A stretch of DNA of 64,000 nucleotides from Candidatus Latescibacterota bacterium. Lineage in GTDB: Bacteria; Latescibacterota; UBA2968; UBA8231. The notes beneath the pieces are model-generated. The model was not told where the DNA came from and searched no databases. It saw only the letters and a list, made by a program, of their open reading frames with translations. The DNA lies in contig OZ252098.1 in the NCBI GenBank assembly GCA_965248355.1, forward strand, positions 640,001-704,000, read 5' to 3'. Made by a program: the position numbers and the translations under genes. Positions 28,257-38,638 of this stretch are shown here, in pieces. Positions within the stretch are counted from its first letter, which is position 1; each line of letters begins with the position of its first letter.

Positions 28257-29777
28257 ATGCGCGTCGCCACCGGCACCATCAGCCACGAGTCGAGCACCTT
28301 CACGCCGGTGCCCACCGACCGCGGCAACTACGACGCCCGCTTCGGCTACCTGCGCGGCGACGAGCTGATCCGCACCTTCCGCGGCACCAACAGCCCCATG
28401 GGAGGCTTCATCGAGGGCGCCGAGGCCCACGGCTTCGAGCTCGTTCCCACGATCCACGCCGAGCCCCATCCGAGCGCCCCCACCCCTCGCCCCCTCTTCG
28501 ACGAGATCCTGAACGAGCTCCTCGACGGCCTCCGCGCCGCCGGAGAGATCGACGGCGTCCTCCTCGAGCTGCACGGGTCGATGGCGGCCGGGGGCCTCGA
28601 CGACGCCGACGGCCACATCCTCAGCCGGGTCCGCGAGGTCGTGGGTCCCGGGGTGCCGGTCTGCGCCGCCCACGACATCCACACCAACATGTCGGCCGAG
28701 ATGGTGGCCGCCGCCGACGTGCTCATCGGACGCGAGAGCTACCCGGAGGTGGACATGGCCGAGCGGGGCCGCGAGTGCGCCGACGTGCTGGTGCGCATCG
28801 TCCGGGAGGGCCTGCGGCCGGCCATGGCCTACCACCCGGTGCCGATGATGTGGGGCATGCACCAGGTCACCGCCCACCCGCCGATGCGGGAGACGATCGA
28901 GCGGCTCCACGGGATCGAGGCCCGGCCGGGGGTGGTCTGCGCCTCGGTCTGCACCTGCTTCCCCCTGGCCGACGTGCCCTGCATGGGCGCCTCGGTGACC
29001 GTGGTGACCGACGGCGACGAGGAGCTGGCCCAGGCCTGCGCCGACGAGCTGGGCGGCTGGATCTGGGAGCGCCGCCGCGACTGGCACGAGCCACGCCGGC
29101 CGACGGAGGAAGTGCTGCGGCAGGTCGAGGCCGACGGACTCTTTCCCGCCGTCGTCGCCGACCGCGACGACAACACCGGCGGCGGATCCCCCGGGGACAG
29201 CACCGGGATGCTGCGGGCCTTCGTCGAGGCCGGCCTGGGCAACGCCTGCGTTCTCTACATGGTCGACCCGGAATCGGTGGCCGCCTGCCATCGGGCCGGG
29301 GCCGGCGCCGGCGCCACCCTCGACCTGCGGGTGGGCGGCAAGTCCCATCCCCTGCAGGGCGAGCCGGTGCCCATGAAGGCCCGCGTGAAGGCCGTCAGCG
29401 ACGGCGCCTTCCGCTACGACGGGCCGATCTTCGCCGGCCTCGAGGCGAGCATGGGACCGTCCGCCCACATCGAGCAGGACGGCGTGCACGTGCTGCTGGT
29501 GACGGAGCGCGAGCAGCCCTTCGACACCGCCTTCGCCCGCACCCTCGGCCTGGATCCGCGGCGGATGCGCTGGGTGGGGGTCAAGTCGGCGGCCCACTTC
29601 CGCGCCGGCTTCGAGTCGTGGGCCGGGGCCGTGCACCTGGTGGGGGAGTCCTCCGTGCACTCCCCCCAGGCGGTGACCTTCCGCAATCTGGGGCGCCGCG
29701 TCTTCCCCCTCGACGAGGAGGGGCGGTTCGACGAGTCCCTGCTCGAATCCGGAGCGCAGACCTCTCCCGGGAGCTGA
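28257..29777 (+). CDS. M81 family metallopeptidase (MlrC-like)
   Basis: 'ISHESSTF', 'LELHGSM', 'DIHTN', 'YPEVD', 'DNTGGGSPGD', 'VKSAAHFRA'; TATACT at 28242-28247 suggests a leaderless or very short leader. Confidence 0.9.
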   Translation: MRVATGTISHESSTFTPVPTDRGNYDARFGYLRGDELIRTFRGTNSPMGGFIEGAEAHGFELVPTIHAEPHPSAPTPRPLFDEILNELLDGLRAAGEIDGVLLELHGSMAAGGLDDADGHILSRVREVVGPGVPVCAAHDIHTNMSAEMVAAADVLIGRESYPEVDMAERGRECADVLVRIVREGLRPAMAYHPVPMMWGMHQVTAHPPMRETIERLHGIEARPGVVCASVCTCFPLADVPCMGASVTVVTDGDEELAQACADELGGWIWERRRDWHEPRRPTEEVLRQVEADGLFPAVVADRDDNTGGGSPGDSTGMLRAFVEAGLGNACVLYMVDPESVAACHRAGAGAGATLDLRVGGKSHPLQGEPVPMKARVKAVSDGAFRYDGPIFAGLEASMGPSAHIEQDGVHVLLVTEREQPFDTAFARTLGLDPRRMRWVGVKSAAHFRAGFESWAGAVHLVGESSVHSPQAVTFRNLGRRVFPLDEEGRFDESLLESGAQTSPGS

Positions 29778-29779
29778 GC

Positions 29780-30865
29780 ATGCAGAGCTACCGCGCCGCC
29801 CTCGTCGGCTGCAGCCGCATGGGCGCCTTCATCGACAACGAGGTACCCCCGGCGCGCCGGCCGTACTCGCACGCCGCCGGGTACGAGGCCTGCGAGCGCA
29901 CCGACATGGCGGCCTGCTCCGACCTGCGCCCGGAAGTGATGGAGCAGGTGGGGCGGCGCTACGGGGTGCCCGCCGACCGGCAGTACACCGACTACCGGCA
30001 GATGATCGAGGCGGAGAAGCCCGAGATCCTCAGCGTCGCCACCCAGCCCGAGCATCGCCGCGAGGTCGTCGTCTTCGCCGCCGCCCACGGGGTCCGCGCC
30101 ATCTACGCCGAGAAGGCCTTCAGCGCCTCCCTCGCCGACGCGGACGCCATGGTCGAGGCCTGCGAGGCCAACGGCGTGGTCCTCAACATGGGCACGAACC
30201 GGCGCTGGGACCCCGGGTTCGACTGCATGAAGGAGGTCATCGACGGGGGCCGCCTCGGCCGGCTGCAGTCGCTGGTGCTGCATTCGACGGGCACCCTCTT
30301 CAACAGCGCCAGCCACGGCTTCGACCTGCTCCTGCGCCTGAACTCGGACCGGCCCGTGGCCTGGGTGCAGGCCCACCTGCCCAACGGCGAGACCGTCTTC
30401 GACGGGGACCGGCTGAGCGAGGATCCCGTCGGCCACGGGATCCTGCAGTTCGCCGACGGGGTCACGGCCTACGCTCTCAACAGCGGCCGGGGGAGTGAGA
30501 TCGAGGCGGTCTGCAGCGGCGGCGTGGCCACGGCGATGCAGAACGGCGAGGAGTGGGAGATCCGGGAGCCCAAGGGGCAAGACCACCGCGGGCGCCCGCT
30601 GCTGGGCCGGAGCCCCTTCCCGGAGTTCGAGCGCAAGAGCTCGACCCTGTGCCTGGTCGAGGACCTGGTGCACAGTCTCGACACCGGCGAGCCGCCCCGG
30701 GGAGGCGCGCCCCTGGCGCGCACCAACACCGAGCTGATCTTCGCCTTCATCGAGTCCCACGTGCGCGGCGGCGCCCGGGTGGAACTGCCGCTGCAGGCCA
30801 GCCGCCCCTACCGCATGGAGCGCGACCGGGCGCCGCGGCAACCGAAGTACCAGCCCGACGATTGA
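29780..30865 (+). CDS. Gfo/Idh/MocA family oxidoreductase
   Basis: 'ALVGCSRMG', 'ILSVAT', 'IYAEKAF', 'SHGFDL'. Confidence 0.88.
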   Translation: MQSYRAALVGCSRMGAFIDNEVPPARRPYSHAAGYEACERTDMAACSDLRPEVMEQVGRRYGVPADRQYTDYRQMIEAEKPEILSVATQPEHRREVVVFAAAHGVRAIYAEKAFSASLADADAMVEACEANGVVLNMGTNRRWDPGFDCMKEVIDGGRLGRLQSLVLHSTGTLFNSASHGFDLLLRLNSDRPVAWVQAHLPNGETVFDGDRLSEDPVGHGILQFADGVTAYALNSGRGSEIEAVCSGGVATAMQNGEEWEIREPKGQDHRGRPLLGRSPFPEFERKSSTLCLVEDLVHSLDTGEPPRGGAPLARTNTELIFAFIESHVRGGARVELPLQASRPYRMERDRAPRQPKYQPDD

Positions 30866-30935
30866 GAACGGGACCGGAGCCGTTGGCGCGGCCCTCAGGC
30901 CGGGGCCAGATTACCCGCACACCGAGGAGGAGAGC

Positions 30936-32003
30936 GTGAAGATCCGAGAGGTGAAGAGCTGGACCGTCCACATCCCCTACGCGGCTCCCGTCGGACCCTA
31001 CGTCGGCCGCGGAGGAGGGGGCGGCACCCTCGGAGGCACGGCGCTCATCGTGCGCGTCGACAGCGACGACGGGCTCACCGGCTGGGGGGAGGGCACGGCC
31101 CGCCTGGAGCCGGCCGCCGTCGACCTGCTGACCGGACGGCGCGCCGACGATGTGGAGGGCGCCCTGGCGGCCCTGGGGGCGTCGGGCGTCGGGCCCGGTC
31201 CCGCCTCGGGGGTGGAGATGGCCTTGTGGGACCTGCTCGGCCAGCGCGCCGGCCTGCCCCTGTGCAGCCTCCTCGGGGGGCGCCTGCGCGAGGAGGCCGA
31301 GTTCACGGCCTGCATGGGCCTGAAGGAGCCCTCGGAGTCGGCGGCCACGGCCCGCGAGTACGTCGACCGCTGGGGCTTCACCTCCCTCAAGACCAAGGCC
31401 GGCGACGACCCCGACCTCGACCTGCGCATCGCCGAGGCGGTGGTGAAGGAGATCGGCGGCGAGGCCGAGCTGCGGCCCGACGCCAACTCCGGGTACGGCC
31501 CGGAGCGCGCCTTCGAGTTGATGCAGAAGATGAAGGGGGTGGGCGTGAACCGCTTCGAGGATCCCTGCGCCGGAGAGCACGCCGAGGTGCTCCTCCGCTG
31601 CCGCGAGGAGGCGGGCATGGAGATTCTCGTCAACCAGGGGGTGACCGGCCCCGAGAGCGCCGTGCCCCTGCTCACCTCCGGCGCCGGCGACTACCTGATG
31701 CCGGACACGCCGGCCGCCGGCGGCGTGCTGCCGGTGCAGAAGGTGGCGCGCGTGGCCGAGGGCTTCGGCGTGCCCTGCCTGATGCACTGCTCCCACGACC
31801 TGGGGCTGAAGACCGTGGCCATCACCCACCTGGCCGCCTCGACGCCGAACTTCTCCGGACCCAGCGACACCTGCTACCACGGCCTGGTGGACGACGTGCT
31901 CGCCGAGCCCCTGGTCTTCCGGGGCGGCCGGATCGCCGTGCCCGACAGGCCCGGTCTCGGCGTCGAAGTGGACGAGGACAAGCTGGAGCGATACTCGATA
32001 TGA
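30936..32003 (+). CDS. Enolase superfamily enzyme, mandelate racemase-like subgroup
   Basis: 'GWGE', 'ALWDLLG', KTK, DAN, EDP, MPD/MH His-Asp dyad, 'PGLGVEVD'. Confidence 0.88.
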   Translation: MKIREVKSWTVHIPYAAPVGPYVGRGGGGGTLGGTALIVRVDSDDGLTGWGEGTARLEPAAVDLLTGRRADDVEGALAALGASGVGPGPASGVEMALWDLLGQRAGLPLCSLLGGRLREEAEFTACMGLKEPSESAATAREYVDRWGFTSLKTKAGDDPDLDLRIAEAVVKEIGGEAELRPDANSGYGPERAFELMQKMKGVGVNRFEDPCAGEHAEVLLRCREEAGMEILVNQGVTGPESAVPLLTSGAGDYLMPDTPAAGGVLPVQKVARVAEGFGVPCLMHCSHDLGLKTVAITHLAASTPNFSGPSDTCYHGLVDDVLAEPLVFRGGRIAVPDRPGLGVEVDEDKLERYSI

Positions 32004-33352
32004 CGACCCCCCATGCCGTCGACGCGCCGCCGCAGGTGGCGAAGTCCCTGGAGATCTACGAACGCGCCCGCCGGCTCATCCCCGGCGCCACCCAGTTGAT
32101 CAGCCGCCGGCCCACCCGGGCCGCCCTCGGCATCAGCCCGATCTACGCCGAGCGCGCCAAGGGCTGCCGCATCTGGGACGTGGACGGCAACGAGTACGTC
32201 GACTGGTTCAGCGCCGTGGGGCCCATCGTCCTGGGCTACGCCAACGAGGTGGTCGACGCCGCCGTGAAGGAGCAGATCGAGCGCGGCTCCATCTACTCCA
32301 TCGTCCACGAGTCGGCCGTGGAGCTGGCCGAGCTGCTGGTGCGGCTCGTGCCGTCGGCGGAGATGGTGCGCTACGCCAAGGGCGGCGGCGAGGCCTGCAC
32401 CGTGGCGGTGCGCATCGCCCGCGGCGTCACCGGCCGCGACAAGGTGCTGTTCAGCGGCTACCACGGATGGCACGACTGGTACCTGGCGGCCAACCTCGGC
32501 TCCGAGCGCCTCGACGGACACCTCTTCAACGGCATCGAGCCGATCGGGGTGCCCCGGGCCCTGGAGGGCTCCTCCGTGCCCTTCGCCTACGGGGACCTCG
32601 ATCAGCTCGAGGATCTGCTGAAGGCCCACGGCGACGAGGTGGCCTGCATCATCATGGAGCCCATGCGCACCGAGCTGCCCCCGGCCGGCTACCTCGAAGG
32701 GGTCCGCCGGCTGGCCGACCGCCACGGCGTGGTGCTCATCTTCGACGAGGTCTCCTGCGGCTGGCGCGTGGCGCTGGGCGGCGTGCAGGAGGTGGTGGGC
32801 GTGACCCCGGACATGACCGTCTTCGCCAAGGCGATCTCCAACGGCTATCCCATGGCCGCCGTCGTCGGCCGGCGGGAGGTGATGGAGCCGGTGTCGCGCA
32901 TGTTCATCTCCAGCGCCTACTGGGACGACAACGTGGGCATCGCCGCCGCCCTGGCCACGGTGCGGGAGCTGGAGCGGGTGGACGCGCCGGCCATCTTCGA
33001 GCGCCTCGGCAGCGACTTCCGCCGGCGCATCGACGCGGCCGCGGCCGAGACCGGGGCGCCGGCGCGGTGCGTGGGCGTGGCCGCCCACCCGGGGATCCGC
33101 TTCGACGTGCCCGCCGAGCTGATGCCCAAGGTGGCCACCCTCTTCGTGCAGGAGAACGCCCGCCGCGGCGTGATCCTGTCCCAGGGGTTCTTCTTCAACA
33201 CCGCCCACGACGACGAGGAGGCCCTCGACCGCACCGAGAGGGCGGTCCGGGAGAGCTTCGCCGTCATCGCCGACGGACTGCGCCGGGAGCGGCTGGACGA
33301 ACTGATCGAGTGCGAGCTGGTGGAGGAGTCCTTCCGCCGGCTCGTGCGCTGA
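32000..33352 (+). CDS. Class III PLP aminotransferase (glutamate-1-semialdehyde aminomutase-like)
   Basis: 'WDVDGNEYVD', 'GYHGWHDW', 'LIFDEV', 'FAKAISNGYP'. Confidence 0.9.
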   Translation: MTTPHAVDAPPQVAKSLEIYERARRLIPGATQLISRRPTRAALGISPIYAERAKGCRIWDVDGNEYVDWFSAVGPIVLGYANEVVDAAVKEQIERGSIYSIVHESAVELAELLVRLVPSAEMVRYAKGGGEACTVAVRIARGVTGRDKVLFSGYHGWHDWYLAANLGSERLDGHLFNGIEPIGVPRALEGSSVPFAYGDLDQLEDLLKAHGDEVACIIMEPMRTELPPAGYLEGVRRLADRHGVVLIFDEVSCGWRVALGGVQEVVGVTPDMTVFAKAISNGYPMAAVVGRREVMEPVSRMFISSAYWDDNVGIAAALATVRELERVDAPAIFERLGSDFRRRIDAAAAETGAPARCVGVAAHPGIRFDVPAELMPKVATLFVQENARRGVILSQGFFFNTAHDDEEALDRTERAVRESFAVIADGLRRERLDELIECELVEESFRRLVR

Positions 33353-33365
33353 CCGGAGAGAAAAG

Positions 33366-35285
33366 ATGCCTGCGACGACGACAATGAGAACCTGGAATGG
33401 CCCCGAAGCCCTCGACCGGTGCACGCGCCGCAACGTGGTGCGCGGCGTCTCCGGCGGCGGCCTGCAATTGCGCCGCGGCGTCATGGTGGCCGACGAGGCG
33501 GCTCGCTGCAGCAAGCGCGACGAAGAGCGCATCGCCGGGGGCCGGCAGATCCGCAAGCGCCTGGTTCTCGGGCCGGTGGCCGCCGATGGCGCCCGGCTGA
33601 TCGGCTACCTCTCCTGCGACCAGGCCGGGGGCGAGCTGGAGGCCCTGGTCAATGGCCATTCCACCCGCTTCGTCTGGGAGCAGAAGCGCGAGTACTGGGT
33701 CGACCGCTGGCGCGCCGTGGAGATCGATCCGGCGTGGCTGCGGGAGGGCGAGAACGAGATCGTGCTGCGCGCCGTGGGCGACGCCGGCTGGACGGTGCTG
33801 GTCGAGGAGAGCGTGCAGCCCGACCGCAGCGAGGTCAGCGACGACGGCGGGCGCACCTGGCGCTCCGACGAGCTGGGGGTGAACGACCGCGTCGACGGCG
33901 AGTACGTGGTGCGCCTGTGGCTCGATCAGCACATGAGCGCGGGCGAGGTCTGCTCCGAGGCCGTCGACCTGCTCAGCCCCGAGGAGGGCGGTATCGCCGC
34001 GGCCGGCGCCGCCCTCGGCGTGCGCGTCGAGCTGCAGGGGCAGGAGCCGGACGGCACCAGCCGCCGCCTCGAGTGGCGGGCCGGCCCGACGCCGGCGTAC
34101 GAGCCCGAGGGCTGGAGCGCCTGGGCGCCGCTCGAAGGGGAGGTCCAGGTGCCGGAGGGCGCCCGGTTCTTCCAGTGGCGGGCGCTGCTGTCGACCGGCG
34201 ATCCGGCGGTGACGCCGACCCTGGCCGGCGCCCGCCTCTCGGCCCGCGTGGAGGCGCGGGACCCGGCCGCCGCCAGGCTGGTGGAGGCGGACAACCGGCC
34301 CCTGGCGTACAGCTCCTACCGGTTCTCGTACCTGGCCGCCGGCGAGCCCCGGGCGAAGGTCCTGCGCGAGCGCTGGAAGCTCGACCAGGTGGTGGGCCCG
34401 GCCAAGACCGAGTTCGAGGCCCTGACGCGCCTGCGCCAGTGGGTGCGCGAGCAGTGGGAGGACGGCTGGAACATGGGGGGCCTGGACTACTGCCCGCCCT
34501 GGGACGCCCTGGTCGTCCTCGAGCTGGCCGGCCAGCAGCTGGCCCTGGGCATGTGCACCCACTACGCCTCCGTCTTCACCCAGTGCTGCGCCGCCCTCGG
34601 GTTCACGGCCCGCACCCAGATCATGCGCTCCCACTGCATCACCGAGGTCTGGTCGAACGACTACGGCAAGTGGGTGACCATGGACCCGGGCGGCGACAGC
34701 AACGACGCCACCAAGTTCACCTACCACTTCGAGCGCCACGGAGTACCGCTGAGCGCCCTCGAGGCGCACACGGCCTGGGTCGACGACGACCTCGGCGACA
34801 TCTGCGTGAGCCCGCCGCCCCCGGAGGCCGCCGGCGAGCGCTTCCGCGTGGAGAACCGGATCCACCTGTGGTCGCGGTTCATGATCAACCGGCGCAACGA
34901 CGAGCCGGCCACCCTGAGCCCGGGCGAGCCCGAGCACGGCGCCGGCTCCTACCACTACGACGGCTACCTGTTCTGGGAGGACGAGAAGACCCCGGCCCTG
35001 CCGTGGTTCAGCCGCCACACCGACCGCGAGGCCGACCTCTACTGGGACGTGGACCGCACCCGCATCCATCTGCAGGCCGGCGGCGGGCAGGACCTGCGCG
35101 TCGACCTGGAGGCCGTCTGTCCCAACTTCGAGCGCTTCGAGGTGCGCGTCGACGGCGGCGGCTGGGACCCCCGTCCCGCCTCGTTCGCCTGGGCCCTGCA
35201 CGCGGGGGAGAACCACCTGGAGGCGCGCGCCGTCAACGCCATGGGCCGGGCCGGGGCGGTCAGTTCGGTCTCGGCCGCCGTCTAG
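33366..35285 (+). CDS. Transglutaminase-like domain protein
   Basis: Cys-His-Asp triad pattern 'GMCTHYA...HCITEVWS...KWVTMDP'. Confidence 0.75.
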   Translation: MPATTTMRTWNGPEALDRCTRRNVVRGVSGGGLQLRRGVMVADEAARCSKRDEERIAGGRQIRKRLVLGPVAADGARLIGYLSCDQAGGELEALVNGHSTRFVWEQKREYWVDRWRAVEIDPAWLREGENEIVLRAVGDAGWTVLVEESVQPDRSEVSDDGGRTWRSDELGVNDRVDGEYVVRLWLDQHMSAGEVCSEAVDLLSPEEGGIAAAGAALGVRVELQGQEPDGTSRRLEWRAGPTPAYEPEGWSAWAPLEGEVQVPEGARFFQWRALLSTGDPAVTPTLAGARLSARVEARDPAAARLVEADNRPLAYSSYRFSYLAAGEPRAKVLRERWKLDQVVGPAKTEFEALTRLRQWVREQWEDGWNMGGLDYCPPWDALVVLELAGQQLALGMCTHYASVFTQCCAALGFTARTQIMRSHCITEVWSNDYGKWVTMDPGGDSNDATKFTYHFERHGVPLSALEAHTAWVDDDLGDICVSPPPPEAAGERFRVENRIHLWSRFMINRRNDEPATLSPGEPEHGAGSYHYDGYLFWEDEKTPALPWFSRHTDREADLYWDVDRTRIHLQAGGGQDLRVDLEAVCPNFERFEVRVDGGGWDPRPASFAWALHAGENHLEARAVNAMGRAGAVSSVSAAV

Positions 35286-35323
35286 AGGGCTGCCACAAGG
35301 ATGGGGGAGGCCGTATCCGCAGC

Positions 35324-36517
35324 GTGACTGACTCTCCCATCCACGTGGACTCCGCCTTCGAGGGCGGCAGCGCCGGCGGGATCCTGCCCACGGGCGAGGA
35401 CGCCTTCGAGGCCTTCCCCCTGCCCGAGCCCGTGCCCCGATGGTTCTTCGACGCCCTGGAGGAGCACTTCGGCGGCGCCGGCGTGCCCCGCGAGTACGCC
35501 TGTCACGTGCGCCTGGTCTCCCGGGCCCCGCAGGAGCGCACCGTCAGGCTGCGGTTCCGGTTCACCGAGACCAGCGGCGCCGCGTACATGGCGCCGCCGT
35601 ACTGGCTCTTCCAGCGTTGCCGCTGGCGGCCGGTCCCGGCCCGCGACACCGAGTACGCCGAGGGCTCCCACGTGGACTTGGCGATCCGCCTGGCGCCGGG
35701 CGAGGAAGTGCGGCTGGCCAACAAGCCCTACGCCGGCCTCCGCGACGTTCGCGACGACATGGAGACGCTGGCCGCCTCCGGTCTCTTCGAGATCCGCGAG
35801 ATCGGCCGCACGGCCCAGGGGCGGTCGATCCAGGCGCTGGAGTCGAGGGGCTCCGCCTCCGACGCCATCCTGATCGGCGCCACCCTGCAGCCGGCCGAGC
35901 CGGCGGCCCGTCCGGTGCTGGCCATCGCCCACTGGCTCACCGACGGCAGTGGCCTCACGCGGCGGCTGCTGGAGCGCTTCCGCTTCGCCTTCGTGCCCCT
36001 GCCCAACCCGGACGGCACCGCCGACGGGCGCTCGTGCACCAACGGCGTGGGAGAGGTGCCCATTTTCAGCTTCGGCCGCCTGCTGGCGGGGGAGCCGGCC
36101 CCGGCCGAGACCCGGGCCTTGTGGGAGTACACCGAGCACCTGCGGCCGCTCTCCTACCTGGAGCTGCACACCCACTACCAGGACGTGCGCGCCCACAAGC
36201 TGAACCCCATGGCCGCGGAGTGGTTCGCCGACCCGGGCCGCTGGGAGCTGGCTGTCCGGGTAGACCGGGCGCTGCTGTCGCTGAACGCGGACTGGCGGGT
36301 GACCGCCATCGAGCGCGCCACGCCCTTGAGCGGGGCCGGCGGTTTCACCAATCTCGCCGAGCGCTTCGGCACCCTGGCCTACTGCTACCAGATCTACTGC
36401 GTCACCGAGGAGGCGACCTGCGCCCACGCCGTGAGCGTGGCCCGCACCCTGGCCGCGGCCCTGGCCGGCCCCGAGTGGGAGGCCGGCGCGCCGCCGCCGA
36501 ACATCGAGAAGGGATAG
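35324..36517 (+). CDS. M14-like carboxypeptidase with degenerate zinc motif
   Basis: 'VDSAFEGGS', 'IGRTAQGRSI', 'LQPAE' at the HxxE site, 'PNPDG', 'LELHTH'. Confidence 0.7.
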   Translation: MTDSPIHVDSAFEGGSAGGILPTGEDAFEAFPLPEPVPRWFFDALEEHFGGAGVPREYACHVRLVSRAPQERTVRLRFRFTETSGAAYMAPPYWLFQRCRWRPVPARDTEYAEGSHVDLAIRLAPGEEVRLANKPYAGLRDVRDDMETLAASGLFEIREIGRTAQGRSIQALESRGSASDAILIGATLQPAEPAARPVLAIAHWLTDGSGLTRRLLERFRFAFVPLPNPDGTADGRSCTNGVGEVPIFSFGRLLAGEPAPAETRALWEYTEHLRPLSYLELHTHYQDVRAHKLNPMAAEWFADPGRWELAVRVDRALLSLNADWRVTAIERATPLSGAGGFTNLAERFGTLAYCYQIYCVTEEATCAHAVSVARTLAAALAGPEWEAGAPPPNIEKG

Positions 36518-36578
36518 GCTGGACGCGGTACGAGGGCCTGGGCGTGCCGCTCGGGGGGCGGCCGGCGCCGCAGGTCGG

Positions 36579-38537
36579 ATGAGCCCCGGGGACGGCGACC
36601 GGTCCACCCAGGGCGTCACCTCCCGGTCGGTGCTGACCGGGGCCTTGCTGGTGGCGGCCATCAGCGTCCTCAGCCCCTGGGCGATCCTGGTCGTCAAGGG
36701 CTCGCAGCTGACCAGCAACGCCATCCCCATCGTCGCCGTCTTCCTGCTCTTCGCGGTCACCGCCGCAGCCCAGCCGATCCTGCGCCTGCTCTCGGTGCGG
36801 CTGGCCTTCGGGCGGGCGGAGCTGATCGTCGTCTACGTGATGATGCTGGCCGGCTCGGTGGTCGTGACCACGGGCTTCACCGGCTCCTTCCTCTCCGTCG
36901 TCACCGGCGCCTTCTACTACGCCACGCCCGAGAACGACTGGGCCTCCCTCTTCCTGCCGTACCACAGCCGCTGGCTGTCGCCTGCCGACACCGAGGCGAT
37001 CCGCCTGTTCTACGAGGGACTGCCGCAAGGCATGGCCATCCCCTGGGAGGCCTGGGCCACACCCCTGGTCACCTGGATCTCCTTCATCCTCGTGTTCTAC
37101 GGCGTCCTGTTCTGCCTGGGCGTGCTGCTGCGCGGCCAGTGGGTGGAGAACGAGCGCCTCGTCTTCCCCCTGACCCGGCTGCCCCTGGAGATGGTCGAGG
37201 CCGGGGACGCAGCCCGGGGGTCGGTCGCGCGCCGCCTGTTCACGAGCCGCATCATGTGGCTGGGCTTCGCCATCCCCCTGCTCCTGCACAGCTGGAACTC
37301 CCTCGGCAACTACGCCGACGGCTTCCAGAGAGTCCCCGTCGCCGGCGCCCTGGCCCTCATGCCGGGCCTGCCGGCCATCCCCTTCCGCCTCAACCTGCCG
37401 GTCATGGGGCTGGCCTACCTGATGCCGCTGAACGTCGCTTTCAGCGTCTGGTTCTTCTTTCTCGTCGGGCAGCTGCAGCGCATCGTCATGGCCCGCGTCG
37501 GCCTGCAGCACGGGACCGGCGACATCTGGACCTCCGGCGGCGGCGGGGCGGTCCTGGGCTACCAGATGGCGGGGGCGATGATGGTCTTCGTCGTCTTCCT
37601 GCTGTACACCGCCGCGCCCCACATCCGCCGCCTGTGGCGCCACGCGGTGAGCGGCGAGGGCGACGTCAGCCGCGAGGTGCTGCCGCCGCGCCGGGCCTTC
37701 GCCGGCCTCGGTCTCGGCGCCCTGTTCATGACCGGGTGGCTGACGGTAACCGGCCTTTCGCTGTACGTCTCGGTGATCCTCGTGATCGGCGCCCTGGGCG
37801 TCTTCATCGGCCTGTCGCGGGTCGTGGCCGAGGCCGGCCTGCCCGGGGCGCAGACGCCGATGGTGCCGCAGGCCTTCATCACCCGCGGCTTCGGTCCGGA
37901 GGTCCTCGGCCTGAAGAACATGACCGGCCTCGGGCTGAGCACGGTGTGGATCGGCGAGACGGCGGCGAACATGATGAACGCCGTCGTCCACTCGCTGAAG
38001 CTGACCACCGAGGAGGAGGGCGGCCGCCGCTACCGCGGGGTGCCCCTGGCGCTGGCGGTGGCCGTGATCGTCGGGCTGGCGGGCTCGATCTGGTTCACCA
38101 TGCACATGGCCTACAGCTTCGGCGGCATCAACCTGCACCGCTGGTACTACTCGGGGGCGCCGCGCTGGCCCTTCCGCTACATGGCCTCCGTGTACAACGC
38201 CCCCGAGCCGTTCCTGCCCCGCCTCGGGTACACCAGCCTCGGCGGCGGGGTGATGGCGATGCTCCTGTTCCTGCGCCACCGCTTCATCTGGTGGCCCCTG
38301 CACCCGATCGGCTTCCCCATCGCCAACACCTACACCATCATGTGGTACGGCTGGTTCGCCATCTTCCTGGCCTGGCTGGTGAAGAGCACGGTGCTGCGCT
38401 ACGGCGGCCCCGGCACCTACCGCGCCCTGATGCCGTTCTTCCTGGGCCTGATCCTCGGGGAGTTCACCACGGCCTGCGTCTGGGTCTTCCTCGACGGCCT
38501 CTACGGCTTCGAGGGCAACATGATCTTCAACTTCTGA
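36579..38537 (+). CDS. DUF6785/DUF6784 polytopic membrane protein (putative transporter)
   Basis: Many hydrophobic segments; 'QWVENERLVFPL', 'RVVAEAG', 'WWPLHPIGF', 'PFFLGLILGE'. Confidence 0.8.
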   Translation: MSPGDGDRSTQGVTSRSVLTGALLVAAISVLSPWAILVVKGSQLTSNAIPIVAVFLLFAVTAAAQPILRLLSVRLAFGRAELIVVYVMMLAGSVVVTTGFTGSFLSVVTGAFYYATPENDWASLFLPYHSRWLSPADTEAIRLFYEGLPQGMAIPWEAWATPLVTWISFILVFYGVLFCLGVLLRGQWVENERLVFPLTRLPLEMVEAGDAARGSVARRLFTSRIMWLGFAIPLLLHSWNSLGNYADGFQRVPVAGALALMPGLPAIPFRLNLPVMGLAYLMPLNVAFSVWFFFLVGQLQRIVMARVGLQHGTGDIWTSGGGGAVLGYQMAGAMMVFVVFLLYTAAPHIRRLWRHAVSGEGDVSREVLPPRRAFAGLGLGALFMTGWLTVTGLSLYVSVILVIGALGVFIGLSRVVAEAGLPGAQTPMVPQAFITRGFGPEVLGLKNMTGLGLSTVWIGETAANMMNAVVHSLKLTTEEEGGRRYRGVPLALAVAVIVGLAGSIWFTMHMAYSFGGINLHRWYYSGAPRWPFRYMASVYNAPEPFLPRLGYTSLGGGVMAMLLFLRHRFIWWPLHPIGFPIANTYTIMWYGWFAIFLAWLVKSTVLRYGGPGTYRALMPFFLGLILGEFTTACVWVFLDGLYGFEGNMIFNF

Positions 38538-38638
38538 TCCACGCGAACGGCTCCGGCAGCGGGGTCGCGGCGGCGCCGCTTGAGGGAGGCCGGGGGTTTC
38601 ACCGATCTTTCCGACCCACCAGAAAGGGAGAAGAGACC

